From assembly GCA_964106645.2 (NCBI GenBank), contig OZ067044.1: 64,000 nt of DNA, one strand, 5' to 3'. This document shows, one piece after another, positions 63,672 to 64,000 of this stretch. Made by a program: the position numbers and the translations under genes. The notes below the pieces were generated by a model. The model was given only the letters and a program-made list of their open reading frames with translations. It had not been told where the DNA came from and searched no databases. Source of the stretch: Podarcis pityusensis. Its lineage: Eukaryota. Position 1 is the first letter of the stretch. Every line of letters begins with the position of its first letter.

Positions 63672-64000
63672 TATTGCCTTCTGGTGTTTGTATTCCATTT
63701 ATTGTGGTATTTTACTTAATTATCTTGGCTAAATTTTCAAACCCCAAGAATATCTAGCTGTACCATCATCTGTTAACTCCTCCTCCTTTAGTAAGGTAAT
63801 TTCCCCACCTTCTTAGGAAGTGGAAGGATTAAAAGGTAGCTGGAAAGGTGGTGATTATCAGGTTTTTCAAGTGTTCGGTTGGAATACTTGGAAAGTGAAG
63901 TTCATTTTCAGGGTAAGCCTATCCCTGATCACCCCTAATTACTGTTCACTCAAAACAGATCAACCTTCTTTTTATGAAAGCTCAATAACTTTCATTATGT

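Overview
Vertebrate genomic DNA, almost certainly from a squamate and probably a lacertid lizard (Sauria SINEs, Bov-B, CR1/L2 and squamate-type MITEs). It is AT-rich and repeat-dense, and I could not identify a host protein-coding exon, so it is likely a large intron or an intergenic tract. Two young LTR elements dominate. (1) A Ty3/Gypsy chromovirus (Tf1/sushi-type) lies on the minus strand at 3665-7409. It has identical 408-bp LTRs, a tRNA-independent self-priming PBS, a gag-protease deletion and an in-frame RNase H deletion. Its integrase has a chromodomain with a degenerate methyl-lysine cage, followed by an acidic tail carrying two FG..acidic..[FL]xGF motifs that resemble LEDGF/p75-IBD/TND-interacting motifs, and the ORF then runs through the whole inferred U3 of the 3' LTR. 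(2) A 3.55-kb class II (betaretrovirus-like) mini-ERV lies at 50652-54202. It has identical 337-bp LTRs, a 6-bp TSD, a tRNA-Met-like PBS, several in-frame deletions and no env, and it is inserted inside a small poly(A)-tailed retrocopy bounded by a 15-bp TSD. The rest is SINEs, LINE fragments, hAT/Tc1-mariner/PIF-like MITEs, microsatellites and a few possible regulatory non-coding elements. Almost all short ORFs in the supplied track are spurious.
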